In this document: positions 9,163-18,597 of the stretch, piece after piece
How the letters are laid out: each line of letters begins with the position of its first letter
Position numbering within the stretch: the first letter of the stretch is position 1
Virus record (IMG/VR): IMGVR_UViG_3300045999_010033
Location: 1-64,000 of that record
Length of the DNA: 64,000 nt
Origin: a virus
Reading direction: 5' to 3' (one strand)
The notes under the pieces: model-generated
Told to the model about the DNA's origin: nothing
Seen by the model: only the letters and a program-made list of their open reading frames with translations
Databases searched by the model: none
Position numbers and translations under genes: made by a program

Positions 9163-9606
9163 TTACTTCAGTAATCCGGCGATTGCTTTCACTTTATCCA
9201 ACTTACTCATTGAGCCGTTTTCGATTGTAGTGAGAGCCTGCCATACCTTAAATTCATTTTCATCGTATTCCGTTACACCGGCTTCATCCATCCAAGCGAT
9301 TACGGCGTTGGCCTCGTCGATTTGGGCTTGATGTTCGGCAATCTCCTTTTGGTAATCTTCCCTAGTGATACCTACTACTTTAGCGTCATATTCTTGGAGC
9401 CAATTACCCTGCCATAATCCATCAAGCGTCTCGGCCGTTAGTACCTTACCTTTAATGGTTTTAACACGATATTTTTCTCCGATGGTATAATTTGCAGATC
9501 CCTCATTTCCAGTTACTACGATAATATCTCCTACTTTTGGCTTCTTACTCATTTTTAATTTGATTTTTAAGTTGTATATAAATTGTTTAATCCGATTTCG
9601 TTTCAT
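9163..9606 (-). CDS. paralogous protein family B, member 1 (conserved C-terminus IAWMDE.GV.EYDENEFKVWQALTTIEN.SMSKLDKVKAIAGLLK)
   Basis: Three tandem paralogs share the C-terminal 60 aa. Confidence 0.55.
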   Translation of the reverse strand: MKRNRIKQFIYNLKIKLKMSKKPKVGDIIVVTGNEGSANYTIGEKYRVKTIKGKVLTAETLDGLWQGNWLQEYDAKVVGITREDYQKEIAEHQAQIDEANAVIAWMDEAGVTEYDENEFKVWQALTTIENGSMSKLDKVKAIAGLLK

Positions 9607-9613
9607 AATTCGA

Positions 9614-10036
9614 TTATTTCAAGAGAGCGGCGATGGCCCTTACCTTGTCCATCTTACTCATTGATTCATTTTCAATTGTAGTAAGTGTCTGCCAAACCTT
9701 ATGTTCGTTTTCATCATACACATCCGTACCGGTCTCGTCCATCCAAGCAATAATGGATTGATTGTGCTCAATATCAGTTTTGAGTTTGCTAATCCTTCCG
9801 GTCAGCGTTTGGATTTCGGATTCGATTGCGGCTTTATCTACGGTGCCTGGATCACAATCTTTGTACTTCAGATTATTACCTTTCCATACTCCATCCAAGT
9901 CTCCGGCCATAAATGTGGTGGCGCCGGTATGGGCTAGGACTCGATACCTTTTACCAATAGTATAACTGTGTGAGTTTGAATTAGCCTTTACAAGTACAAT
10001 GTCTCCGACCTGAGGAAGTGCTTTTAACCTTGCCAT
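9614..10036 (-). CDS. paralogous protein family B, member 2
   Basis: Paralogy. Confidence 0.55.
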   Translation of the reverse strand: MARLKALPQVGDIVLVKANSNSHSYTIGKRYRVLAHTGATTFMAGDLDGVWKGNNLKYKDCDPGTVDKAAIESEIQTLTGRISKLKTDIEHNQSIIAWMDETGTDVYDENEHKVWQTLTTIENESMSKMDKVRAIAALLK

Positions 10037-10088
10037 ATTTGTTTTGTTTTATTTATTTAAGTTTTTGTTTTTAATTATAAGAATAGAA

Positions 10089-10487
10089 TTAACCCTTAAT
10101 CATTTGAGCAATTCGTTTCACTTTGTCAATCTTGCTGATATTCTCATCTTCCATAGCCGTCAGCACCTGCCATACCTTAAATTCATCTTCATTGAACACA
10201 TCGGAGCCGGTCATCGACATCCACGCAAGCATACTATGCCTATCTTCAATGAGTGCCTGTGCTTCGGAAATATCCTTCAAAAGTTCATCTTTGGTCATCT
10301 CCCAAATCTCTACCTGCGAAAACTTCAACCATCCACTCTCTGTTCCCGGTACAGCTGCCAATTCAGCTTTCAGAGTATTATCCGACCTATCTATACGTGT
10401 AATACTATATTTTATATCTTTACGATATCCATCCACGGTTGCGATAACTCTAATACATGCTCCGATTTTAACTTGGTCTGCTTTCAT
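10089..10487 (-). CDS. paralogous protein family B, member 3
   Basis: Paralogy. Confidence 0.55.
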   Translation of the reverse strand: MKADQVKIGACIRVIATVDGYRKDIKYSITRIDRSDNTLKAELAAVPGTESGWLKFSQVEIWEMTKDELLKDISEAQALIEDRHSMLAWMSMTGSDVFNEDEFKVWQVLTAMEDENISKIDKVKRIAQMIKG

Positions 10488-10622
10488 TTTATTTGTTTTT
10501 TGTTTGTTTTTATTTATTAGTTTTGCTCCTTATTCTCTTACCCTTTTATTTCGGAGCTGGCCTGCTTATCCTCGCCCTTTCGGACTGATACGAGTTTCTC
10601 AAGGGCACAGGTAGTTTTATAT

Positions 10623-11210
10623 TTACTCACTATCCGAGTACATAACTTTAGATTCCTTACGGTCGGACTTCGGGCCCAATTCAACATCGGCCAATTCAGC
10701 GGATGCCATTATATCGGCAGTTCCCCGCACTACATCACGCATACCAACGGGAGCGTGTCCTTTGCCGGCGATTGCTTTCACTTCACTAACCAGCTTATCT
10801 GCTTTACGAATGAAGTCACGGGCGGTTTCATCTGAAATAAACATACGCGGTTTATCAACACCCGGTCCAGTCACTTCATACAATTCATAGAAGTCCTTAC
10901 CACCAATATCCGCCGGCAAGTTCAATTCACGAACTACCTTTGTGATTTTGTAACCACGCGGAAGGCGAGAACTTACTGCTTTGGCCGTCGGCTTCTTAAC
11001 CGCCGGCTTTTTAGTGGCCGGCTTTTTAGTAGCAGCCTTTTTAGTTGCCGGTTTCTTAGCCGTAGCATTTTTAGTGGCCGCCTTCTTAGCCGCCGGCTTG
11101 ACCGCCTTCTTCGTAGCAGCCTTTTTAGTGGCCGTCTTTTTGGCCGCAGGTTTGGTAGCCTTCTTTGTAGCGGGCTTTTTAGTAGTCGTTTTTTTCACTG
11201 CTTTACTCAT
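10623..11210 (-). CDS. histone H1-like Lys/Ala-rich DNA-binding protein
   Basis: N-terminal 80 aa of (K)KPA(A/T)KKA repeats; encoded by tandem 15-nt DNA repeats at 10980-11200. Confidence 0.6.
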   Translation of the reverse strand: MSKAVKKTTTKKPATKKATKPAAKKTATKKAATKKAVKPAAKKAATKNATAKKPATKKAATKKPATKKPAVKKPTAKAVSSRLPRGYKITKVVRELNLPADIGGKDFYELYEVTGPGVDKPRMFISDETARDFIRKADKLVSEVKAIAGKGHAPVGMRDVVRGTADIMASAELADVELGPKSDRKESKVMYSDSE

Positions 11211-11227
11211 AGTAACTTTTTTATTTA

Positions 11228-11542
11228 TTAATCCATAGGAGATACCTTCGCTTCACCATCTAATGCTGCTTCATATCCTTCACGCCAAGAGATATCTTTT
11301 TCTTCCCAAATAGCATCAACCAATTCAATCATTTTCTCATCTTCAAGCTCCAATGAATAAAGCAAATCGGAAGTTTCTTTACTTACGTGCAGTATTCCAC
11401 CATCATCATCGGATTCGCCGGCACCATCGTTATATGCCTCATCCAATAGGGAATCAACGAGAATCATTACTTGTTCGGTTTCCTCACCAGTGAAACGTTG
11501 TCCAATAACCGTCTGCAATACATCGTACTTTTTACTATCCAT
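11228..11542 (-). CDS. hypothetical acidic protein
   Basis: ORF track. Confidence 0.5.
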   Translation of the reverse strand: MDSKKYDVLQTVIGQRFTGEETEQVMILVDSLLDEAYNDGAGESDDDGGILHVSKETSDLLYSLELEDEKMIELVDAIWEEKDISWREGYEAALDGEAKVSPMD

Positions 11543-12069
11543 TTTATTTGTTTTTATTTGTTTTCGTTTTTTCTGAAATCACCATACATTCCGACGAGTA
11601 TGATTGTCGGAATTATTATCACCCACCATTTCCAATTCATTACGGTGATGTTAGCAATGCTCATAGATGAGCCGAGCCATATGGACCATCCATACCTTTT
11701 AAGAAACTCTATCATTTATTTATTTTTTATTTCGTTATCAATATCTTCGAATGTAATGTCTTCATCCGCCGGCCGGAAGGTAGCAATCCATAACAGCCCC
11801 ATAAACACCGCTGGTAAAATTAGTTCACTCATTATTTTCTATTAATTCGGTTAGAGATAGCAATCAGTAAGAGGACGATTAGAAACAGAAGAAAGTTAGT
11901 CATATAGATTTATATTTGTTTTTATTAATCGGCCCAACCATCGTATTTGATGTGGGGAATTTCGGTAGCTTTCACTCTGCGAATCTTGCGGTTACGCATC
12001 TTTTTATACCACTTACCACTACGTTTAGTATTACCGTGTTTAGAAATTTGTTCAGCTTTTATTGCCATA

Positions 12070-12264
12070 TTATATTACGATTATTGTATCTTCAGCTTCA
12101 CTTTGTCCAAGCAGATAACCTGCTTTGAATCCTTTAACGAATGCCTCATAGGATATGATGCCATCATCTATTCGTTTGAATATCTCAAGCGCTTTCAGCT
12201 CTATGATATCATCACGCTTTGTGTTTCGTATGTACGTTTGTTTTTTTGATTTATCTTCACTCAT
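12070..12264 (-). CDS. hypothetical protein
   Basis: ORF track. Confidence 0.4.
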   Translation of the reverse strand: MSEDKSKKQTYIRNTKRDDIIELKALEIFKRIDDGIISYEAFVKGFKAGYLLGQSEAEDTIIVI

Positions 12265-12283
12265 ATGTTTTTATTTTTATTTG

Positions 12284-12376
12284 TAGTCAGGACAGGATTC
12301 GAACCTGTACAAAGTTATTTACTATTACCTTTGCCAGCTCGGATGCTGGTGTGTCTACCTATTTCACCACCTGACC
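12284..12376 (-). tRNA. class-II tRNA-like element (acceptor GGTCAGG/CCTGACT, D-arm, long V-arm, T-arm ACAGG-TTCGAAT-CCTGT; anticodon loop non-canonical 6 or 8 nt)
   Basis: Manual fold; one of three related copies (also 51344 and 52019). Confidence 0.5.
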
Positions 12377-12387
12377 GAACCATCCGA

Positions 12388-12765
12388 TTAGTTATCGGAG
12401 AAATCAATTCCACCGAGGATGCTATCCCCGTCGTTCATACGTGCAATCTTCTCTTTGGCATTCACACGCATTTGTTTCATAACTTCACGAAGTGACCCGC
12501 CATCTGTCATTTCATTAACACGTTCCCACGCGGCATCAATCTTCATTTGAAGAAACTCGCGAAGCGGTTTGTTTTGTGGTTCATCGTTGAGCTCCTCAAT
12601 GAAGTCCTCAAGTGATGCAACCGTTGCCATCCGAAGAGCGAGCGATTCCGTGCTATCCGGCGAATCGGCTGTAATAACGTTAGCGAGTACCATCGCCAGC
12701 TTTACACGTTGCTCATCCATTTCATTAATCAATCCCAGAATTCCACCAATGTTTTCGATATTCAT
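12388..12765 (-). CDS. hypothetical protein
   Basis: ORF track. Confidence 0.5.
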   Translation of the reverse strand: MNIENIGGILGLINEMDEQRVKLAMVLANVITADSPDSTESLALRMATVASLEDFIEELNDEPQNKPLREFLQMKIDAAWERVNEMTDGGSLREVMKQMRVNAKEKIARMNDGDSILGGIDFSDN

Positions 12766-12767
12766 AA

Positions 12768-13094
12768 TTAACCGTTTAATTTAGGTTTAAGTGTATTTAT
12801 TAATTCAGTTTCGATTCGGTGTGCTTCGGCTTTACCACGTACCACCTGAAGTACGTTCACTTCATATACTACATTCTCCTCGCCATCCCAACGTCTCATA
12901 TCACGATACAACGGCCAGTCCTTTTCCCATTCGATGCGGGCCCGGCTCACATGCTTATGGAAACGATTGATGGCTGACCATTTGAATGCCCTACCTTTAG
13001 CGACTGTAATACCAATGTATTGTTTGTTATTAATCGTATTGGTGATAAGGTATATCACGTGGTTTCTATCACTTCGTTTCTTCCTCATGCTCAT
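12768..13094 (-). CDS. GIY-YIG nuclease family protein
   Basis: 'VIYLITN...KQYIGIT' GIY-YIG signature near N-terminus; 108 aa. Confidence 0.6.
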   Translation of the reverse strand: MSMRKKRSDRNHVIYLITNTINNKQYIGITVAKGRAFKWSAINRFHKHVSRARIEWEKDWPLYRDMRRWDGEENVVYEVNVLQVVRGKAEAHRIETELINTLKPKLNG

Positions 13095-13279
13095 CCTAAT
13101 TTGATTTGTTTAGCTATCCACATCTTCCGATGAATCTTTCCGAACTTTGAACGTTCCGGCATATGTTTCAATCGACGGAAGTAGTAGTGTTTTCTTTCGC
13201 CCGTGTCGTATCGGGCACCGTTCCAATATTTACTCATAGTTACCTCGCATAGAACGCTACCCATTCTGCTTGTTTCCAA
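13091..13279 (-). CDS. hypothetical protein
   Basis: ORF track. Confidence 0.35.
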   Translation of the reverse strand: METSRMGSVLCEVTMSKYWNGARYDTGERKHYYFRRLKHMPERSKFGKIHRKMWIAKQIKLG

Positions 13280-13482
13280 GGGATATCATTTTGAGTACCT
13301 GCTCTCCATCCTGCACCTAATACCGATTTACGATTGGAGTGCCTCCCACGGATTTGGACGGCGGTTACACCATGCTCACGCTTCAACATTTCGCGGAACT
13401 CATTGATACCCTTCACATCATACATCGGAAAGGAACACAAATACTTTGAGGAACGATTCGGAATGTTTTTTGGAATATTCAT
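13240..13482 (-). CDS. hypothetical protein
   Basis: ORF track; overlaps previous ORF. Confidence 0.35.
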   Translation of the reverse strand: MNIPKNIPNRSSKYLCSFPMYDVKGINEFREMLKREHGVTAVQIRGRHSNRKSVLGAGWRAGTQNDIPWKQAEWVAFYAR

Positions 13483-13499
13483 ATATTATTTTTATATTG

Positions 13500-13736
13500 T
13501 TATTGATTACCACCTAACCACACCATAACACCAGCGTACATCTCAGCCCTCTGAAGTTCTTTCAAAACAAGGCGAGGAAGCCGTTTACGTTTCCACTTCC
13601 ATCTGAATCGGAACGCTTTAGTCCTTCGGAGTGCTTCAGCGGGTTGTTCATTCTCCACACATTCCCATACGGCCATAAGCTCTAACCACATTTGTTCGTT
13701 GGTATTCATATTTACTTTTTTAAAGGTTATCTTCAC
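13500..13736 (-). CDS. hypothetical protein
   Basis: ORF track. Confidence 0.4.
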   Translation of the reverse strand: MKITFKKVNMNTNEQMWLELMAVWECVENEQPAEALRRTKAFRFRWKWKRKRLPRLVLKELQRAEMYAGVMVWLGGNQ

Positions 13737-13951
13737 GCAGTAGCGGCGAGTGCCCTTTTAGCGGCGAGGAACGTTTTGGCCAGAGCCGTTTGATTCTTTA
13801 CGAATGTTTTGGCATCTTTCATAGATACGAAACGTTTAACAACTCCCTTAGCCACTTTCACTTCGTACACCCAATAACGATCGGGTACAAAGTTATTATC
13901 TGCGAGGCGGAGAGTGCGGATGGCTTTCTTAATATTCATTTTCGTGCTCAT
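13733..13951 (-). CDS. hypothetical basic protein
   Basis: ORF track. Confidence 0.4.
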   Translation of the reverse strand: MSTKMNIKKAIRTLRLADNNFVPDRYWVYEVKVAKGVVKRFVSMKDAKTFVKNQTALAKTFLAAKRALAATA

Positions 13952-14010
13952 AATCAGGAATTAATAATGTTATATAATAGTAATAGTAATAGAGAAAGAA
14001 AGGGAGTGGA

Positions 14011-14421
14011 TTAGATGTTAGCGATAATCCAATCGGCCTGAGCCTTATTCCGAACGTTGAAAAGTTCCTTCAAACCTTTACGAATTTCGGAATGGAATTT
14101 TTTCGGAATCACACCCATTTTAGTCGGGAACTCACGAATGAAGTCACGCATACCCAGTTCCTCATCACGGAACATATCAAAGAATTTGCGAGCCTTCACA
14201 ATCTCGCTCTTAGATTTACATTCGATTGTGGTTACACGGCCATTCCAATGTTTGAACGTAACCGTGGCGGATATCTTACCGCCCTTACGCTGCGGAATTT
14301 TTGAACCCGCGAAGTTTTTAACCGGATTAGCAGCGGCCCTCTCAAGGATAGAAGGCGAAGAAGTGGATAAGCGGAAATCTTGGAATTGTAACGTACCTTT
14401 CATATTAGAGTTTTTTATCAT
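14011..14421 (-). CDS. hypothetical protein (downstream of conserved promoter repeat copy A)
   Basis: ORF track; conserved upstream repeat at 14430-14570. Confidence 0.5.
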   Translation of the reverse strand: MIKNSNMKGTLQFQDFRLSTSSPSILERAAANPVKNFAGSKIPQRKGGKISATVTFKHWNGRVTTIECKSKSEIVKARKFFDMFRDEELGMRDFIREFPTKMGVIPKKFHSEIRKGLKELFNVRNKAQADWIIANI

Positions 14422-14429
14422 ATCACCAC

Positions 14430-14570
14430 CTCATTTGGGGATACTCCCCAAAGTTAAGGCTTATTTTTCATACTACAATGGGCTTTTTGATAAAAGTTTT
14501 CGAAATTTTTCGGGGTTTTGTTAGAAATTATCTAATGCCCCTTGATAATCAACGGCTTATGCTTCCCTGA
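14430..14570 (-). promoter_or_regulatory. conserved upstream repeat copy A (TAACTTTG -7-like element, GTTAGAAATTATCTAA and TTGATAATCAACG palindromes)
   Basis: About 130 nt conserved with 32505-32662 and 48945-49100, each immediately upstream of a minus-strand gene start. Confidence 0.6.
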
Positions 14571-14988
14571 ATATCAATGACTTACAAGGTTTTTTATAAC
14601 CAATTGATCCTCAATCTCTTATGTATGGTATCCATATAGTATAGATAAAGTATTCAATATCAACGCTTTGCGATTTTTGTTAGATATTTTCTAACTCAAC
14701 ACGATGTTTCATTGAATATTTTCTAACATTATATCCAAATCATTAAATATTTTCTAAACGGCCCATCCATTCACTTCGGCCGGTATGTATTCCTTTATAT
14801 TCATTTTGTGGCATGGCCTTATATTCATTTTTCATGTGAGGCAATCCCTTATATTTATTTTTTTTCAGCGATGGCGACGTGGGTGGGATTTTGGCTACAT
14901 ATCCCCTATCCTTTGATACCATAATTGTTTTATCTACGATTATGGAATATCACATTCGTTTTGATAGAGATGATTCGTTTTAACATGG

Positions 14989-15282
14989 TTATAGGAGTCT
15001 ATCCAATATCCCCTTAATACCTTCAGGTGTTATTTCGGATAGTTTCAATATAAATGTACGCGAAGGTATCACGTATCCATCTTTACTTGCCACTTCCATT
15101 TCGTACATAGAACCCCCATCCGCGGAGATTCTGCTCATCGCTATGTTCAACCAAACCCCGCTACTACCATGATATGCTGATATCCATTGGTATCGGTTAG
15201 GAGTTATTGTAAGTGTGGGTAGGGGAATGCCGATGGTATCATGTAGTATTAACTTATGTGGGTTATTTATAGTTAGTCTCAT
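14989..15282 (-). CDS. LTI-N-family paralog (family C, 1 of 11)
   Basis: N-terminal M..LTINN.HKL motif shared by 11 tandem genes. Confidence 0.5.
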   Translation of the reverse strand: MRLTINNPHKLILHDTIGIPLPTLTITPNRYQWISAYHGSSGVWLNIAMSRISADGGSMYEMEVASKDGYVIPSRTFILKLSEITPEGIKGILDRLL

Positions 15283-15392
15283 ATAATTGGGGGAGTATCT
15301 TGTATGTGTATTATATTATATGGGAGAGTATTCTTTTCTTATTACTACTACTATTACTATATAGATTGGAGGGGTTATTAATAGAATTATTA

Positions 15393-15950
15393 TTAGTGTA
15401 TTCCGAATCGCTGCTGCCAATAAGGTCGTAACACATTCAGCCCTATCGTATGTTCTAATGTATGCGTTGAGAATGCCGTCATTATATGCGATTTGAATGG
15501 AAGGGGTAGGGCATAGTTAGATGTTGGGTCCAGTTTCGGAATGTATCCATCATCGCTCATCAGTAGATACAGTTCCGATATCAGGGGTAACGGAGTGTCC
15601 AAATGGTGTAGCGGCATATTCCATTCCTTATAAACAGAAGTATGTGGTTGAGCCGCACCGTTGTGTATTCGGTGATGGGAAATGGATAGTCCTGCATAAC
15701 GTGTTCCATCGGAGTAGTAGAATGGTTCTCTGTTCATGTAAAGTTTATACATTACAACAGTTCCAGCTGCGGTTGGTTCGGATTCGAATATTATTATGTA
15801 ATATTGAGCGGCATCGGATTCGTATATCTTTAGATTGACTACCGGTCCTAATATTACATTTATTATGTGTCCTAGTTTATCTATATTATGTATTGTCAAT
15901 CTATTACTCATAAGTTTTTTTATTAGTGTATTCCGAATTGATTTTACCAA
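15393..15950 (-). CDS. family C paralog 2
   Basis: Paralogy (..LTIHNIDKL). Confidence 0.5.
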   Translation of the reverse strand: MVKSIRNTLIKKLMSNRLTIHNIDKLGHIINVILGPVVNLKIYESDAAQYYIIIFESEPTAAGTVVMYKLYMNREPFYYSDGTRYAGLSISHHRIHNGAAQPHTSVYKEWNMPLHHLDTPLPLISELYLLMSDDGYIPKLDPTSNYALPLPFKSHIMTAFSTHTLEHTIGLNVLRPYWQQRFGIH

Positions 15951-16351
15951 TAAGATGATAACATTTGTTTACTTATTCTATTTGGTAGGTAATCATCGTG
16001 CTTAACCAGTCTTGCAATCACTTCTGCTAATGGATTGGGTTTGGTTAAAGTAGTTAAGTACATTTTAAATTCTCTTATTTTAGGTAAGGGATTCAATTGG
16101 CCATCCTCAACATTATGTGTAGTGAATCGCATTCTAATATAAGGTTTGCCACTTGGGGATACCAATATGGTCCTTTCTATGTTTAAACTATGTTGCTTTG
16201 CGTATTTACCTTCTGCCGTATATTCGTTAAATGCTATCCAATATCTATCTTGGTCACTTCCGAAAAAAGGTGGTGATATCATGTCACCCATTTTAAAATA
16301 AATGGCACTTACCAATTTATCCATATTATATATGGTCAGCTTTTTACTCAT
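15944..16351 (-). CDS. family C paralog 3
   Basis: MSKKLTIYNMDKL. Confidence 0.5.
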   Translation of the reverse strand: MSKKLTIYNMDKLVSAIYFKMGDMISPPFFGSDQDRYWIAFNEYTAEGKYAKQHSLNIERTILVSPSGKPYIRMRFTTHNVEDGQLNPLPKIREFKMYLTTLTKPNPLAEVIARLVKHDDYLPNRISKQMLSSYW

Positions 16352-16353
16352 AC

Positions 16354-16785
16354 TTATTTAATTACATTTATTAATATGGGATGTTTACGCAAAAAGGATT
16401 TCTTATCGTATTCGATTGATGTTTTGCATTGTGGATAGTAATCATCGTCTATTATCATACTCCATATATCATCAATCAAATCGTATGGATATTTTAGTTT
16501 CAATAAAGCCATAGGCCATCGGTAGTTCAGAATGGGGTTTTGTTCTTTGAATATAGATAAAGTAATATACACACATGGTATCCCATCTATATCGGTCGGT
16601 TCTCTATCAATAGAAAATATATAAACCCGTCCATTTACCTTTTCCATAATAAATGCGTATTCCAACTCAGTCGTTTTTGAACGAATATCTAAAAGTTTGT
16701 CATCATCTTCGAAATAATAGTGCGACATTCCACCTAATATGTTAATCAAATACATTTTATTGTATATGGTTATTTTCTTACTCAT
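16354..16785 (-). CDS. family C paralog 4
   Basis: MSKKITIYNKMYL. Confidence 0.5.
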   Translation of the reverse strand: MSKKITIYNKMYLINILGGMSHYYFEDDDKLLDIRSKTTELEYAFIMEKVNGRVYIFSIDREPTDIDGIPCVYITLSIFKEQNPILNYRWPMALLKLKYPYDLIDDIWSMIIDDDYYPQCKTSIEYDKKSFLRKHPILINVIK

Positions 16786-16789
16786 ATCT

Positions 16790-17227
16790 TTATATTGAAA
16801 AACTATGACTGATATTATTCATTATTGGATTAGTATTGCCCAAATTTACTCTCATCTTCGGAATGTGGTCCTCACGACGCACCATAGTTAGTAAGTTAGC
16901 CGTAATGGGCCAATGGTCTTTTAATGATGGTAAGGCTATAGGGTATGTTCTCCTATTACGAAGTTTTGATAATACATCGGTTGTAGCTAGCTTGATATTG
17001 ATATACTTTATCGGGTGGGATGCCGATGCTGTATCTATTTGTATATTCCGAAATATAAAAAGTTCGTGTTTTTTGATTACAGTTCCCATATCATCTGCCT
17101 CTTCAAAGTATAACCAATAATACGTATCGCATTCGAGGGTACAGGTGTTATTAAACGTTAAAGGAAGTAGTGTCTTACCTTCGTCAAGTATTTTACTTAC
17201 ATTTAATATCGTCAACTTTTTACTCAT
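16790..17227 (-). CDS. family C paralog 5
   Basis: MSKKLTILNVSKIL. Confidence 0.5.
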   Translation of the reverse strand: MSKKLTILNVSKILDEGKTLLPLTFNNTCTLECDTYYWLYFEEADDMGTVIKKHELFIFRNIQIDTASASHPIKYINIKLATTDVLSKLRNRRTYPIALPSLKDHWPITANLLTMVRREDHIPKMRVNLGNTNPIMNNISHSFSI

Positions 17228-17769
17228 ATATTTTGTGTCAATGAACTATTGGGGTGTATATTTACACTACTCGTAACATTCATACTACCACTTATATTAC
17301 CATAATACGCGGGATTAACTATTTTTTTTGAATACCGCGAGGATACACTCTGTCTTGGTGTAAACGGTCCATTTAGTATTGTTGATATACTAGCAGATGT
17401 ACTCCCACTAAACATGGGTATGAAATTCTCATCATCAATCATTCCCTTTATTACATGTCCCAACACATCGGGGGCATACAATGATTCGATTGGCATTAAC
17501 CAAGTGCGTGGATTTTTAACGGTAAACGCCCGGTCTCTATATTCTAATCGAATTAGACAATTATCAGTATGATCAAATGGGTCTACACGAATTATCCTAT
17601 CTATTATAAGCCACCACTGTCCTAATACTTTATCATCATACGCACTCCAAAACAATTTATACTCATCCGGATAAACAATCACATTACGATTACGTCCATC
17701 TTCGACTGGAATAGTAGGGAATACTTTTTCTAGATTATTTATATTTAGTAACTTATTCATTGGTTTCAA
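17224..17769 (-). CDS. family C paralog 6
   Basis: MNKLLNINNLEKV. Confidence 0.5.
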   Translation of the reverse strand: MKPMNKLLNINNLEKVFPTIPVEDGRNRNVIVYPDEYKLFWSAYDDKVLGQWWLIIDRIIRVDPFDHTDNCLIRLEYRDRAFTVKNPRTWLMPIESLYAPDVLGHVIKGMIDDENFIPMFSGSTSASISTILNGPFTPRQSVSSRYSKKIVNPAYYGNISGSMNVTSSVNIHPNSSLTQNI

Positions 17770-17771
17770 AA

Positions 17772-18155
17772 TTAAACTCCACGTGGAATGTAGTCCTCTA
17801 CTCCTGCCATATTTAAAATTTCAGATACCAATCGGACGTAATTCTTTAATTTGGATATGGGTATATTAAATCGACGTGTATGAGCAATCGGATTTGTACT
17901 TCCATCTACGATTTCATTTGTATTGAAACCTATCGTAACACATCGTATCGAATCTGGACTTATATGCTGTATATACCTGCTTATGTTTACTCTACACTCT
18001 TTTATTTTAATCCCATCATTTGTTCGACATTCAAAGTATATCCAATAGAAATCTCTATCTTCTCCGCAATGGAAATTGTAAAAGTTGTCATGTGCATATG
18101 TTCGACAGGCGTGACATGCCTTCTCTATATTATTTATAGTCAATATATTGCTCAT
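17772..18155 (-). CDS. family C paralog 7
   Basis: MSNILTINNIEKA. Confidence 0.5.
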   Translation of the reverse strand: MSNILTINNIEKACHACRTYAHDNFYNFHCGEDRDFYWIYFECRTNDGIKIKECRVNISRYIQHISPDSIRCVTIGFNTNEIVDGSTNPIAHTRRFNIPISKLKNYVRLVSEILNMAGVEDYIPRGV

Positions 18156-18160
18156 ATCCT

Positions 18161-18595
18161 TTAAAGTCTTTTTAATGTTTTTAAGGCTACCTTACGAGAG
18201 AGATTGAGGTGGTCGTATTCCGTTTTCACTTTGGATTTGGGATTGATATCGTATGACGTATCCATTTTAATTAAATCCATTACTAATTCAAATGGGTCAT
18301 TCAATAGGTGCAATCCTAGTTTCCATTCTCTCACAAATTGAGGTTGCATCTGCGGTTTAGTAAGTAACCGTAACCATATACATGGGTGGCCGGTATCAAC
18401 ATCCATTTCTATGAATCTATATATGCGCAATACATAATCAATGGTCTCCCTATTGTTATTAGACATGAATATCATTCTGTATGAATCGTGTTCATCAATG
18501 ATTGGCCCAACCGTTATACCGCCTCTCATGCTGTTCATCAGTGCCAACAGTTTATGTGGATTGTTTATAGTTATTAACTTTTTCATTGGTGTCAA
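18161..18595 (-). CDS. family C paralog 8
   Basis: MKKLITINNPHKLL. Confidence 0.5.
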   Translation of the reverse strand: MTPMKKLITINNPHKLLALMNSMRGGITVGPIIDEHDSYRMIFMSNNNRETIDYVLRIYRFIEMDVDTGHPCIWLRLLTKPQMQPQFVREWKLGLHLLNDPFELVMDLIKMDTSYDINPKSKVKTEYDHLNLSRKVALKTLKRL

Positions 18596-18597
18596 AA

